Origin: a virus
Lineage: Duplodnaviria; Heunggongvirae; Uroviricota; Caudoviricetes
Direction: 5' to 3' (one strand)
Length of the DNA stretch: 64,000 nt
Virus record (IMG/VR): IMGVR_UViG_3300025316_000590
Location: 128,134 to 192,133 of that record
A program made the position numbers and the translations under genes. Below, in pieces: positions 28,115-37,955 of the stretch; within the stretch, counting starts at the first letter, position 1; each line of letters opens with the position of its first letter. The notes beneath the pieces are model-generated. The model was not told the DNA's origin and ran no database searches. It worked only from the letters and a program-made list of their open reading frames with translations.

Positions 28115-29974
28115 ATGATGCATATACAGGAAGTCACCCTGAAGGGATTCAAGTCGTTCGCCGAGGAAACACGCTGGGTTCTTCCTGAACGTCCCGGATT
28201 ATACATGATTGGGGGTGACAACACCGTCGCCCCCCAGCTACATTCCAACGGTGCGGGCAAGTCTACCCTCGTCGAGTCCATCCCGTGGTGTTTCTATGGC
28301 AAGACGTCACGCGGCCTGCGTGGCGGGGAAGTGGCATCGTGGAACGGGCCGCGATCATCTGCGGTCGAGGTGAAGTACCTGAAGGGCAACCAGCAGCATA
28401 TCATGCGGCGGTCTACGCAGCCCGGAAGCATCACCCTCGACGGCCAGGAAATCGATCAGGACGCAGCGAACCAAGCCATCGGTCTGAACTTCGATTGCTT
28501 CAGCTTCGCAGCATTGGTTGGGCAGTTCGCCCGCCACTTCGTTGACCTGCTACCCGCCGAGAAACTGGCCCTGTTCAGTTTCGTTCTTGGCCTGGACTAT
28601 TGGCAGGAGTGTGCTGCCCGAGCCAGGGACGCCGCTAACGCCGCAGCCATCAAGGCGGCGGAGGCCAGCACCAACCAAGCCCAGGTGAAGGGCCGTTACG
28701 AGGAGGTGGCCGACCGATTGGCGAGCCTCGACGCCATTATCACCCGCAGCCGCCGTCAGCTTGAGGAAGACCGTACACGCCTGGAGGCCGAAGCGACCCA
28801 ATACGAGGCCGACATAGCCTCTATGCGGCGGGACGTGGCCTGGATGCGGCGAAAGGTACACATAGCCCAGCGGGCCGTAGACGAGGCCACAGCGGCGAGA
28901 CGTGAGGCCCAGATACAGGTGGAAGACCTTGTGGCGGCACAGGCCGGGGCGTCGGCCAAGGTAACCGCCCAGAAAACCGAGATCATACGCCTGAGCGGCG
29001 AGGTAGAACGCCTGAAGCGGGCATTCCCCCGCTGCGTGGAGTGCGGGCAGGTGGTGTCGCGAGATCATTTCGACACCGAGCTTGCAACGCGGGCGAACAA
29101 GGTGGCCGCGGCCAAGACCAAACGGCAGGAACTGGAGACCGTTGAAACTGAGGCCCGCCGATCCCTCACCGAAATCCGCCAGACGGTGGCGGGGCATGAC
29201 CGCACGGTCAGTACCCTCCAGCGGTCCCGGCAGGAGATGGAGACCCAGGTACGCCGCACCGATTCCGCCCGCGAGCAATCCGAGGCCGATCTGCGTCATG
29301 TGCGGGCCGATATCGCGAGGCTGGAGGCGACTGCTAGTGCCAGCGGTGAACGCACCCTGGAATATGAGGAAACTCTGGAGAACATGCGAGCCCTCGGCGA
29401 AAGCATGCGGGACTGCCTGTTCGACCTGCGGGTGGCGAAGCGGAATGAGCGGTTCATGGAGTTCTGGGCCACCCGCGGCTTCAAGAACCTGCGGCTGAGC
29501 ATCATGGAGGACGCTCTCCGTCAGCTTGAAACGCACGTGAACAGCGACGTGGCGACCCTCGGCCTGGACGGATGGAATGTGGAGTTCGTCGTCGAACGCA
29601 AAACCAAGGCCGGCACTTTATCCCACGGCATGCAGACCATGATCGCACCTCCGGGTTCGGAGATTGCGTCGAAGTGGGAATCATACTGCGGCGGCGAGGT
29701 GCAGCGTCTGCGGATAGCGACTACGGTTGGCATGATGAAGCTGGTCAGCGACTACGCAGGCGTGATGTGCGACTGCGAGATATGGGACGAGCCGACAGCA
29801 CACCTGAACGTGCAGGGTGTTGCCGACTTGCTGGACTTTCTACGCACGCGAGCCCGCGTGGAAAACAAACGAATCTTTATCGTCGATCACCGCAGCCTGG
29901 ACAGCGGGTTGTTTGATGGTGTACTTACCGTGACCCGCGACGAAAGCGGATCCCACCTTGGACAATGGATGTAA
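28115..29974 (+). CDS. SbcC/Rad50-like ATPase (T4 gp46-like) with coiled coil and CxxC zinc hook
   Basis: Walker A HSNGAGKST, coiled-coil middle with CVECGQ hook, ABC signature SYCGGEVQRLRIA, Walker B IWDEPTAHL. Confidence 0.8.
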   Translation: MMHIQEVTLKGFKSFAEETRWVLPERPGLYMIGGDNTVAPQLHSNGAGKSTLVESIPWCFYGKTSRGLRGGEVASWNGPRSSAVEVKYLKGNQQHIMRRSTQPGSITLDGQEIDQDAANQAIGLNFDCFSFAALVGQFARHFVDLLPAEKLALFSFVLGLDYWQECAARARDAANAAAIKAAEASTNQAQVKGRYEEVADRLASLDAIITRSRRQLEEDRTRLEAEATQYEADIASMRRDVAWMRRKVHIAQRAVDEATAARREAQIQVEDLVAAQAGASAKVTAQKTEIIRLSGEVERLKRAFPRCVECGQVVSRDHFDTELATRANKVAAAKTKRQELETVETEARRSLTEIRQTVAGHDRTVSTLQRSRQEMETQVRRTDSAREQSEADLRHVRADIARLEATASASGERTLEYEETLENMRALGESMRDCLFDLRVAKRNERFMEFWATRGFKNLRLSIMEDALRQLETHVNSDVATLGLDGWNVEFVVERKTKAGTLSHGMQTMIAPPGSEIASKWESYCGGEVQRLRIATTVGMMKLVSDYAGVMCDCEIWDEPTAHLNVQGVADLLDFLRTRARVENKRIFIVDHRSLDSGLFDGVLTVTRDESGSHLGQWM

Positions 29975-29978
29975 TATC

Positions 29979-30179
29979 ATGGAAATAGAGTTCACACCGG
30001 AAGCCGAAGCCTTCATCGACCACATGTGCGATGCTTACGACCTTACACCATCCCTGGTGATTCAGAAGGGCCTGAGCCTCCTGCAAGCATACGTGGTCGG
30101 CCATGAACGCGGCGACACGTGGAGCAGTACGACGCCGAACGACACGGTCTGCTCTATTCAGGTGCCGGGTATAGGTTAG
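29979..30179 (+). CDS. hypothetical protein
   Basis: ATG 29979 just after sbcC-like stop. Confidence 0.3.
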   Translation: MEIEFTPEAEAFIDHMCDAYDLTPSLVIQKGLSLLQAYVVGHERGDTWSSTTPNDTVCSIQVPGIG

Positions 30180-30181
30180 TC

Positions 30182-30364
30182 ATGGAACATGTATCGCGGC
30201 AGCGGAAGTACCAGATACTGCACCAGCGGGCCGGTCTGTGCATCAAGTGCCCAGAGAAGGCCGTGGCCGGGCGGTACTGCCAGCGACACCACGACATCGA
30301 GCGTCGCCAGCGACGGGTACGCCGGGCGACATGGGTGACGAGACATGCCGAAGCTGGCGAGTAA
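30182..30364 (+). CDS. small zinc-ribbon-like protein
   Basis: CIKCPEKAVAGRYCQRHH. Confidence 0.3.
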   Translation: MEHVSRQRKYQILHQRAGLCIKCPEKAVAGRYCQRHHDIERRQRRVRRATWVTRHAEAGE

Positions 30365-30403
30365 CATCATCAAGCACGACCATGCAAACAGCAATATGTA
30401 CGG

Positions 30404-30625
30404 TTGCCAACCTTGCCCTGTATGCAAATCACTATATCGAGCCCCGTACAAGAAGAAAGGCGAGGAACGTCGACTGTGGTCACAAAGAAATCTGTAACGA
30501 AGAGGATTCCGATGAGTAGTATCATCGACAACATTCAGAAGAACTGTCTGAGCTACTGGTATCCCAAGATCGCAGCCGCGGGCCTGACCGAAGCAGTCAG
30601 GCGATGGAATAGGAGATCACCATGA
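30404..30625 (+). CDS. hypothetical protein
   Basis: 73 aa ORF. Confidence 0.25.
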   Translation: MPTLPCMQITISSPVQEERRGTSTVVTKKSVTKRIPMSSIIDNIQKNCLSYWYPKIAAAGLTEAVRRWNRRSP

Positions 30626-30852
30626 AGCCCAGGCCGCAGCCGCACAAACCCACGAACAGAATTCACAGTGAATCTCTGTGGCCCACCGATCCCCTTGATA
30701 TGGCTCGGATGGCCAAAACCGATGTTGAGTTTGTTGAAGTTATGCAGGCCAGCCGGTTTGATTCGGCTGAGCTACGACGCATCGCTCGCGTCGCCCAGGA
30801 TCGACTGGAATGGGCCGCGTCTAAACTAGGGAGTAAAGGAAAGCCGAAGTAA
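30622..30852 (+). CDS. hypothetical protein
   Basis: 76 aa ORF, ATGA overlap. Confidence 0.3.
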   Translation: MKPRPQPHKPTNRIHSESLWPTDPLDMARMAKTDVEFVEVMQASRFDSAELRRIARVAQDRLEWAASKLGSKGKPK

Positions 30853-32067
30853 ATGGAACGCCGAAATATCGAAACCGTACCTACACGACGCCGCATCATC
30901 TCGTCCGTGGAGGTTCCCGTCGCGGAAGAACCGACATCCGACCAGCGTACCCTCGTCCGTCGCTCGATTGCGACCCCTGCTCGCAGGCATATTGGTGATA
31001 GCGGGAACGTGGACGAGAAGCTACTTGTTGCCCCCTATCCGTACTTCGGCGGAAAAAGCGGTGTCGCTAATGAGATATGGAGTCGCCTGGATCCCAAGAC
31101 CCTCGACTGCTATATCGAGCCGTGCATGGGATCCGCAGCAACGTACCTCGTGCGACCACAGCCGTGGGTGGGCCGTGAAGTCCTCAACGACTACGATGCC
31201 CTCCTGGTGAACGCGTGGAGGGCCATCAGCCGTCATCCCGACGAGGTGGCTGAGATCTGCAACGGTATCATGCTGGCCGAGATGGAACTGCACGCCATCC
31301 ACTCGCACCTCACGCGATCCAGGGATCGCATGCGGAAGCTCGTGGGCGGCAGTACCGACTTCTGTGACGTGAAGCTCGGCGCGTGGTGGCTGTGGGGCAT
31401 CTGCATGAAGCTGGGCGGTGGGTTCTGTAGCGGCGACGGCCCGTGGTACGTCATCAACGACGAGCTTGTGTGCCTGGAGAAGGACGACCCGCGACGGGAC
31501 GGCAACGGCATCACCTGTAGCGTGCCCTGCGTGGGGAACCGGGGCGTGCTGCGGCAGGAGCTTGACTACCTCAAGTCGTGGATGCGAGCCCTGTCGTACC
31601 GCATGCGACAGACATTAGTCCTCAGCGGTGACTGGTCGCGGGCCGTGACGCCCGCGTTCACGGGAACGGGCAAAATAGGCATCATGTTCGACCCGCCCTA
31701 CGGTGCTGATGCCAACTTCAACGGCACCCTATACACAAATCAGGATGCCGACATCAGCACCAAGATCAAGGAGTGGTGCATCCAGCATACCGACCCCGCG
31801 TGGTGCCGAGCGAACAAAGACACGAATATCTACCGCATCGCGTACTGCGGCTATACACCGGAAGGTGATATCCTTGAGCAGAACGGATGGGCAGTTCACG
31901 CGTGGACAGCCGCAGGAGGCTACGGAAACCAGGGTCAGGATGGGGCTAACAAGAAGGTAGAGAAGGGCGGGCAGTTTCTTCGCGGGAACGCGGGCCGCGA
32001 GCGTGTTTGGTTCAGCCCGGCCTGTGGTAGTGGCAGTGATATTTGGCTTAGATTCGGAAAGAAGTAA
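30853..32067 (+). CDS. dam: DNA N6-adenine methyltransferase (Dam-like, D12 class) with N-terminal extension
   Basis: APYPYFGGKS motif I and catalytic FDPPYG; N-terminus MERRNIETVPTRRRIISS carries basic motif. Confidence 0.7.
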   Translation: MERRNIETVPTRRRIISSVEVPVAEEPTSDQRTLVRRSIATPARRHIGDSGNVDEKLLVAPYPYFGGKSGVANEIWSRLDPKTLDCYIEPCMGSAATYLVRPQPWVGREVLNDYDALLVNAWRAISRHPDEVAEICNGIMLAEMELHAIHSHLTRSRDRMRKLVGGSTDFCDVKLGAWWLWGICMKLGGGFCSGDGPWYVINDELVCLEKDDPRRDGNGITCSVPCVGNRGVLRQELDYLKSWMRALSYRMRQTLVLSGDWSRAVTPAFTGTGKIGIMFDPPYGADANFNGTLYTNQDADISTKIKEWCIQHTDPAWCRANKDTNIYRIAYCGYTPEGDILEQNGWAVHAWTAAGGYGNQGQDGANKKVEKGGQFLRGNAGRERVWFSPACGSGSDIWLRFGKK

Positions 32068-32068
32068 T

Positions 32069-32548
32069 ATGACCAAAAAACCAACAAGATCTGAAGTACT
32101 GCAAAAGTTCGGCACGGCGATCTCCGTGCTGGGCAAAGACGCTGTAGTGATTCATCTCAGCAAGATCACCTATCGCGAGCGTGAGATACTCAAGCTGCGG
32201 TTCGGTTTTGGCGATGGCTACTGCTACACATTTCAGGAGGTGGCCCACATCTTCAAGACCACCGTCGCCCGCATCCGCCAGATCGAGGAGAAGGCCATCC
32301 GTAAGATGTGCGCCCTGATGAACGAGGTCAAAGTACCGGAAATCCAAAGCATGAACATCGACGAGGCCAAGCGAGCCAAAATAGCGTTAGCTGAATCGGT
32401 GGGCACGCTGGTGCGAGAGTTCGAGCTACGGACCGGCCTGACCGTGCTGAGCATATCGCTGGGCCGCAAGGAATATTCAAGCTCCGAGATGCCGGCGGGA
32501 GTGACCAAGTCGCTGCTGACCGGAGTTCACGTATCCGTGAGGATATGA
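32069..32548 (+). CDS. sigma-70 region-4-like HTH protein (possible transcription co-factor)
   Basis: YREREILKLRFGFGDGYCYTFQEVAHIFKTTVARIRQIEEKAIRKM matches sigma region 4.2 HTH; no region 2. Confidence 0.45.
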   Translation: MTKKPTRSEVLQKFGTAISVLGKDAVVIHLSKITYREREILKLRFGFGDGYCYTFQEVAHIFKTTVARIRQIEEKAIRKMCALMNEVKVPEIQSMNIDEAKRAKIALAESVGTLVREFELRTGLTVLSISLGRKEYSSSEMPAGVTKSLLTGVHVSVRI

Positions 32549-33408
32549 TGGCAATCCGCCGCCCGGATCGATCATTGTTCGATGTCGCTACCACACGGGC
32601 CAGCCGTCAAGTCTATCTCGGCATCGACGGTACGAACTGGCTGCACACTATCTACCATGCCAACAACGGGCACGATGTGCTGGAGACTGTGGTGCGCCGC
32701 ATCGACGCCCTGACGCGGAACCTACAGCCGAAGCTGGTGGTGGTGTGCCTCGACCGCAGGAGCTTCCGGCATGATCTCTATCCGCCCTATAAGGCCAAAC
32801 GGGGCGAACGCCCGCACGACGAGAACCTGCACTTCGTACTGGAGAATGCTCTGGGCGTGCTGAAGGACTGGGCCGTGGTGGTTCAGGTAAACGGTTTTGA
32901 AGCGGATGATTGCCTAGCTGCCTTAGCCGCCAGGGCGGTCGCCGTGGGCAGTGATGCCGTGCTCGCGTCGCCCGACAAAGACCTCAACCAGTGCTTGGTT
33001 GCCGACCGCGTAACGATCATCAAGAAGTTCCACCTGTTGGGATCGGGTATCACAAACATTGAGTGGATGACGCCGCAGCTTCTTCTCGATCAGAAGGGCC
33101 TGACGCCGCGTCAGTGGATTGATTATCAGACCCTCGCTGGTGATTCTGGAGACGGTGTGCCTGGTTGTCCGGGATGGGGCGAGAAGACGGCCAGCGAGGC
33201 TATTCGGCAGTGGGGCAGCATCGACGCTATTTACGATAACATCGATTCAGTTAAGGTCAGCGCGTCCCGCAGGGCCGCCCTGCTGAAGTTCCGCGATGAT
33301 GGACTGGCAATCATGCGGCAACTGGTTACGCTCCGCACCGATGTGGACGAAGTAAAGCGAATCTTCGTGTCTAGACGTCGTATAGGAGCAAGTCATGCCC
33401 GAACGTAG
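32545..33408 (+). CDS. 5'-3' exonuclease / flap endonuclease (PolI N-terminal-like, RNase H-like)
   Basis: YLGIDGTNWLH, GFEADDCLAALA, H3TH-like LAGDSGDGVPGCPGWGEKTA. Confidence 0.75.
   Translation: MMAIRRPDRSLFDVATTRASRQVYLGIDGTNWLHTIYHANNGHDVLETVVRRIDALTRNLQPKLVVVCLDRRSFRHDLYPPYKAKRGERPHDENLHFVLENALGVLKDWAVVVQVNGFEADDCLAALAARAVAVGSDAVLASPDKDLNQCLVADRVTIIKKFHLLGSGITNIEWMTPQLLLDQKGLTPRQWIDYQTLAGDSGDGVPGCPGWGEKTASEAIRQWGSIDAIYDNIDSVKVSASRRAALLKFRDDGLAIMRQLVTLRTDVDEVKRIFVSRRRIGASHART
33367..33374 (+). promoter_or_regulatory. GTGTCTAG motif instance
   Basis: about 21 nt before ATG 33395. Confidence 0.35.
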
Positions 33409-34324
33409 ACGCATCCAGACACCGCCTGTAGTTCGACGACGTATGAACACAGGTGGTCCGCCACCCGTTCCGCCGTCCCTACGCCCCGAACCGATGCGTG
33501 CCGGTCAATTCGGTATGAGGATCGCGAGCCCTGACCCGGGCAACATCAACGTCGACTTGATGAACCGATTCATCAACATCAACGGTGAGCCGGCGACGGT
33601 TAGGAACTGTACAGCTTATGTGTGTAACGGTCAGGTGGTGCTGAACATGGAGGTGGCCTACCCGCCAGGGCAGCGTGCCGGTATCGCCGGGCTGTGGGTT
33701 CCACCGGATAACGTACCGCTTCGCGGACAGGAGATCAGCGGCGTAGCCTTTGACGAGGCCGTAAACCTCGACAGGCGGCTTCAGTGGCATAGTACGGAAA
33801 CGGGCCGCGTATCTTCCGCAAGGCCCAACGTGAGCAACGTGCCGCGTTCAGGCGGGCGGGCAGCCCCGTTACCGCTGGGTGGCCCCGAGAACCTAGCGTT
33901 CCACATGGGAAACGGTCAATCGGGAGTCATCTGCGAGGCCCAACCGCGATGCCCCGCCATCGGTGAAGATTTGCGTGGCGTGGCCCGCGGGCGAGTCATG
34001 GACATGTCCCATGCCCCCAACCGGGAACGCCGCGAGATGATATACTACATCCGCGAGCGAGAACTGCTGATCGCCTTCTACCGCGAGGATCCCGACTACA
34101 TCGTGGTCGGCATCGACCCCGAATTGCCGCACGGGGCTGTCATACGCAGCGTTCACCACGAGCCGCATCGTGCGGCGTTTGCGTTCATTGTATATCATCC
34201 ATCGTTCGATATCGTACCCGATAGCCAATCCCCGCCCAACGCTGGCGTAATGCCGTTTCAGTACCGCACCCTGACGCGAGCCGGTGACGGGAGATATGAT
34301 ATCGGAAATGCACCGCTTGAGTAG
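33395..34324 (+). CDS. hypothetical protein, N-terminal MPERRRIQTPP motif; shares YPPG motif with 39481 and 42455 proteins
   Basis: ATG 28 nt after GTGTCTAG motif with AGGAG RBS; VAYPPGQRAG. Confidence 0.4.
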   Translation: MPERRRIQTPPVVRRRMNTGGPPPVPPSLRPEPMRAGQFGMRIASPDPGNINVDLMNRFININGEPATVRNCTAYVCNGQVVLNMEVAYPPGQRAGIAGLWVPPDNVPLRGQEISGVAFDEAVNLDRRLQWHSTETGRVSSARPNVSNVPRSGGRAAPLPLGGPENLAFHMGNGQSGVICEAQPRCPAIGEDLRGVARGRVMDMSHAPNRERREMIYYIRERELLIAFYREDPDYIVVGIDPELPHGAVIRSVHHEPHRAAFAFIVYHPSFDIVPDSQSPPNAGVMPFQYRTLTRAGDGRYDIGNAPLE

Positions 34325-34377
34325 TGTCTGGTGACGTGATGCAGGTTTACATCTCCACTAACTCGAAAGGTAGTATC

Positions 34378-34863
34378 ATGAAGTTTGCGAGTCTCGTACT
34401 TTTGTTGATCGTTGCCGGATGCTCGTTCGAGACATCCGTAACGTCGACACCCAACGCCAAACAGTCTGCTGATCCTGTCCTGGTTTCCGTTCCGGTCAAA
34501 CCCGATCCAGTCTCGGCCATGAAGGATATTCTGGCTCGCGTGGCACGCGGCACGCCGCGTGGTGCGACTGCTCATGACTTGCATTATGATGTCAAGAAGA
34601 CGGATTCGATGATAACGCCGTACACGGCGACGGTTACGTTCCGCGACGAGTACTCTATACCGTCATCCGAATGGAAAGACGATGCTCGTGCGGCAAGCCT
34701 TAAATCACCAATTACAGTTCAGTTGGCGTGGCAGGATGAACACTGGGTGGTCAAGGAGCTGTATGTGAATGCCCTCGGGCTAAAAAGCCAGCAAGTTTAT
34801 GTAGCTAACGTATCGTCAGGCAGTTCATTGCACGACTGGATTATTGTGTTTTCCGGTATGTAG
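34378..34863 (+). CDS. lipoprotein (lipobox LIVAGC)
   Basis: MKFASLVLLLIVAGCSF signal/lipobox; after GTGTCTGG motif. Confidence 0.5.
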   Translation: MKFASLVLLLIVAGCSFETSVTSTPNAKQSADPVLVSVPVKPDPVSAMKDILARVARGTPRGATAHDLHYDVKKTDSMITPYTATVTFRDEYSIPSSEWKDDARAASLKSPITVQLAWQDEHWVVKELYVNALGLKSQQVYVANVSSGSSLHDWIIVFSGM

Positions 34864-35023
34864 TTCGTGTCTGGTGATGCATGGTGCGGGCGGCGTTACG
34901 ACGCAGGGATGGTTGGGATCGCTACGCACGGCATCCCTTAGAATGGCGTGGCCTTCGGGCCTAGTGACTCTCTGTGATTCGGAGGCGTCGCTCGCCCGTT
35001 CCGCCCTTATCAAGGAGACCGAT

Positions 35024-35713
35024 ATGAACCGTGAAAAACCAACCGAGACCCGATTTGGCCTGACGCACAAGGCCACCATCCTCGCCATGTCCGATGACGG
35101 CACGTCGCCCGATCCGGTCGAATTCTTCATCATCTCGAACACCTTTCCTGACGGCAGGCTGTGCGAGATCTTCCTGACGACGCGGAAGGAGGGCAGCACC
35201 ATCGACGGCCTGCTCGACGGCATCGCCACCCTGACCAGCTTCTGCCTGCAAAGCGGGTGGCCGCTGTACAAGCTCGTGGAGAAGTTCAGCCACACGAAGT
35301 TTGAGCCTATGGGTTACACCAAGGGCGAGACGTGCGTGCGGTATGCCAAGAGCATCCTCGACTACGTCTTCCGCTACCTGGGCGAGACGTTCGGTGATAT
35401 GCCCGCCGAGATGGAGCATAGCCACAGCAGCGGCGACGATCAGACCGAACTGCCGGCAACCGACCCGGATACCGAGGCGGTTGTGGAGATCGCCCCCGAC
35501 CTGGATGAAGAGGCGAAGAAGGAGGAGGCCCGCCTGGAACTGATCGAGGCCCACAAGCGTATTACACAGGCCCGCGACGACGAGGATCGCAAGAATCAGG
35601 AGGCTGCTGTTGCATGGCACGCCGCCCATCCCAAGACGTATCCCGAATACCCTGAGAACCGACCCATGCCGCTGGGCGAAGCTGTCGTTCCCGGCGACGA
35701 ACCCCGTGGATGA
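35024..35713 (+). CDS. hypothetical protein resembling C-terminal segment of class II ribonucleotide reductase (NrdJb-like), 229 aa
   Basis: RBS AAGGAGACCGATATG; TTRKEGSTIDGLLDGIATLTSFCLQSGWPLYKLVEKFSHTKFEPMGYT...AKSILDYVFRYL recalled as RNR C-terminal-like; tentative. Confidence 0.3.
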   Translation: MNREKPTETRFGLTHKATILAMSDDGTSPDPVEFFIISNTFPDGRLCEIFLTTRKEGSTIDGLLDGIATLTSFCLQSGWPLYKLVEKFSHTKFEPMGYTKGETCVRYAKSILDYVFRYLGETFGDMPAEMEHSHSSGDDQTELPATDPDTEAVVEIAPDLDEEAKKEEARLELIEAHKRITQARDDEDRKNQEAAVAWHAAHPKTYPEYPENRPMPLGEAVVPGDEPRG

Positions 35714-36357
35714 TCATGAAACGCATTCTCGTTCTGGAAGAAAAGCACGGCACCCGCCACTTCGACGCATCGACCGACAAACTGCTGGCCCAGGCTGCAC
35801 TGTCAGTCCTGAAGGCCCGTTTCGATGAGGGCGGCTGGTACTACGCCCCTGGCGTCGCTCCCACGAAGCCCGACTTCGCGGAGGCCGACATCGAGAAGAT
35901 GCCAGCGTCCATGCAGGCTGCGGCGAAGGAGACGTTCAAGCAGTACCGGCGGTCGCTGAACGCCTGGCAGCAGGAGACCGATGATTACAACCGCATCAAG
36001 CGGGCCATCGACACCAACAACGGCTGGCTGGCCTGGCACATCCTGCGAGATCGTTCCAGCTATGAATACGAACGGGCCGAACTGGAGACGCTGGAGGACG
36101 CCAGCGATGTTGAGGTGATGTGGCCCCCGATACCGCTGGGCACGCGAGTCGTGACGACGAGGTCGCGTACCGTTCGCACCGAGACCGAGAATCAGTTGTT
36201 TGCCGATCTTCTCGGCGAACGTAAGTGGGGCGTACCTGGCGAGATCGTGGGGTTCAACGAGATGATCGGTTTGTTGTACACCATCCGTTTCGACGATGGC
36301 ACCCGCGGTGGTTACAAGCCCGAAGAGTTCAAACTACTTCCCAAGGATAAATCATGA
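35710..36357 (+). CDS. hypothetical protein
   Basis: 215 aa ORF, ATGA overlap. Confidence 0.35.
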   Translation: MIMKRILVLEEKHGTRHFDASTDKLLAQAALSVLKARFDEGGWYYAPGVAPTKPDFAEADIEKMPASMQAAAKETFKQYRRSLNAWQQETDDYNRIKRAIDTNNGWLAWHILRDRSSYEYERAELETLEDASDVEVMWPPIPLGTRVVTTRSRTVRTETENQLFADLLGERKWGVPGEIVGFNEMIGLLYTIRFDDGTRGGYKPEEFKLLPKDKS

Positions 36358-36794
36358 GCGATACCGTCAAGTCATCGTTGCAGCAGGCCATCGAGTTCCT
36401 GCGGGCACGCAACCGCACTGGCGTTCTCCAGTGCGCTTCGGATCACTGCCTCGCCGTCGATACGATCATCAAGGCTTATGACTCGCAGGAGTTCGCCCTG
36501 TGCTTCACGCGGGCCGACGCCATCCGCGTGGTCGAAGAGGCGGTGCGGCACAGCGACATCACCCTTGACTTCTGTGCGGACGGCATCCTGGCCAACACCG
36601 AAGATTACGATCTTCCGGTCAGCGTCACGCCCGAGGAGGCCGACAAGCTGCTGGCCCGTATGCCCTACCCGAATCTTGTAAAGGAGACTGCTATGAATAC
36701 ATGCCCAACCTGTCACGGGCCGATGACCCCGCACGGCTGTCTGCACCGGCGGATGCTCGCACTGCGGCAGGACCGTGGCCGACCTGATCGATGA
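36354..36794 (+). CDS. hypothetical protein
   Basis: 146 aa ORF, ATGA overlap. Confidence 0.35.
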   Translation: MSDTVKSSLQQAIEFLRARNRTGVLQCASDHCLAVDTIIKAYDSQEFALCFTRADAIRVVEEAVRHSDITLDFCADGILANTEDYDLPVSVTPEEADKLLARMPYPNLVKETAMNTCPTCHGPMTPHGCLHRRMLALRQDRGRPDR

Positions 36795-37926
36795 ACCAGA
36801 GAAGACGACCGCTGAGTTACAGGCCGAGGGCTGCACGGTAGCCCACATCGACCTGCCGCCGAACATCTGCGACGGCTGTAACGTGCGGGACGGCTGGGAG
36901 CATCGCTGCCACGGCATGCAGGCTACGGTGCGTGGCGAGCCTACGGGCAGGCCCTGCGAGTGCCACGAGTGCATGGACGAGAAGGTGATCTGTGCCTCCC
37001 TGCTCAACCTGGAACCGGAAGCCCGCGTGAAACCTCTGGAGGCTTTGAACCGTATCATTCGTCGAGCTATCGGCCTGGAGGAGAAGCAGCAGCCTGCGTT
37101 CATGCAGCCGGTACGCGACCCGAAGACTAGCGTATGCTGCACGTGCGGCTACGCGTGGCCCACAGGCACGCACGGTGGGCATTCCTGCTCCGACGTCCTG
37201 TTCAAGAAGCTGCATGCAGCCCTGGGTGTGCTGAACAGCATCGACAAGATTTGCGACCAGTACGTTGCCAGCAAACCAGGCAACCCGACGCTGGGTCGCG
37301 TGCTGACGATGGTTCACGGCCTGAAACTCAGTCGTGACACTTGGGAAAAGAAGTGCCACGAGATTACGCGGAAGATGGCGGCACTGGAGACAGATTACAA
37401 CGCTACACGAGTAGAATACGAAGCAGTGCGGGCTAAATTCCAGGCTATCGCCCACGGCCTGCGAGGTGACGAGATCGATCTCCAGGAAGGTCAGCACGGT
37501 TGGTCTATCGAGTTCCACAACCTCATGGTGTTTATGCAGGAACGTCAGAAGCTGGATGGCGAGGCGAAGAAGCTGCGGGAGAACGCCGTGTTCTGGTGGC
37601 GGAACTGCCGCAAGCTCCAGGACAAGGATCCGAACATCGAGATTATGGTGGACGATCTCATGCAGGAGGTTCACCTCAGTATCACCGAGGTGGAACGCAT
37701 GAATGAAGTGTATCATCGTGAACGGCAGGAGATTCGCAGTCTGTTTCTAGAGCATCTGCAAAGCGAGGGCTGCGTTACCCTACTGGACGGCATCAAGCAG
37801 CATCTGGCCGCTTTGCGAGACTTGAAGCTGATCGACGCTCTGGTGATGATATCGGAAGCCTCGCATGAGGACGTTACGGCCCTTGGCTGGGATGCTTATG
37901 CACGGCGGGGTCCAGATGCCACGTAA
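36775..37926 (+). CDS. hypothetical protein with N-terminal Cys/His cluster and coiled-coil C-terminal half
   Basis: CDGC...C.GM...CECHEC; 383 aa. Confidence 0.4.
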   Translation: MADLIDEPEKTTAELQAEGCTVAHIDLPPNICDGCNVRDGWEHRCHGMQATVRGEPTGRPCECHECMDEKVICASLLNLEPEARVKPLEALNRIIRRAIGLEEKQQPAFMQPVRDPKTSVCCTCGYAWPTGTHGGHSCSDVLFKKLHAALGVLNSIDKICDQYVASKPGNPTLGRVLTMVHGLKLSRDTWEKKCHEITRKMAALETDYNATRVEYEAVRAKFQAIAHGLRGDEIDLQEGQHGWSIEFHNLMVFMQERQKLDGEAKKLRENAVFWWRNCRKLQDKDPNIEIMVDDLMQEVHLSITEVERMNEVYHRERQEIRSLFLEHLQSEGCVTLLDGIKQHLAALRDLKLIDALVMISEASHEDVTALGWDAYARRGPDAT

Positions 37927-37955
37927 GGCGACAACACAACTGCCTCATATCCCCC

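Noticed and set aside
28550-29536. 328-aa minus-strand ORF
   Set aside because: It is antisense to the SbcC-like gene, which has all ABC-ATPase motifs in order.
36372-37716. Minus-strand ORFs 36372..37142 and 36817..37716
   Set aside because: They are antisense to contiguous + strand genes with RBS-preceded starts and start-stop coupling. They have no motifs.
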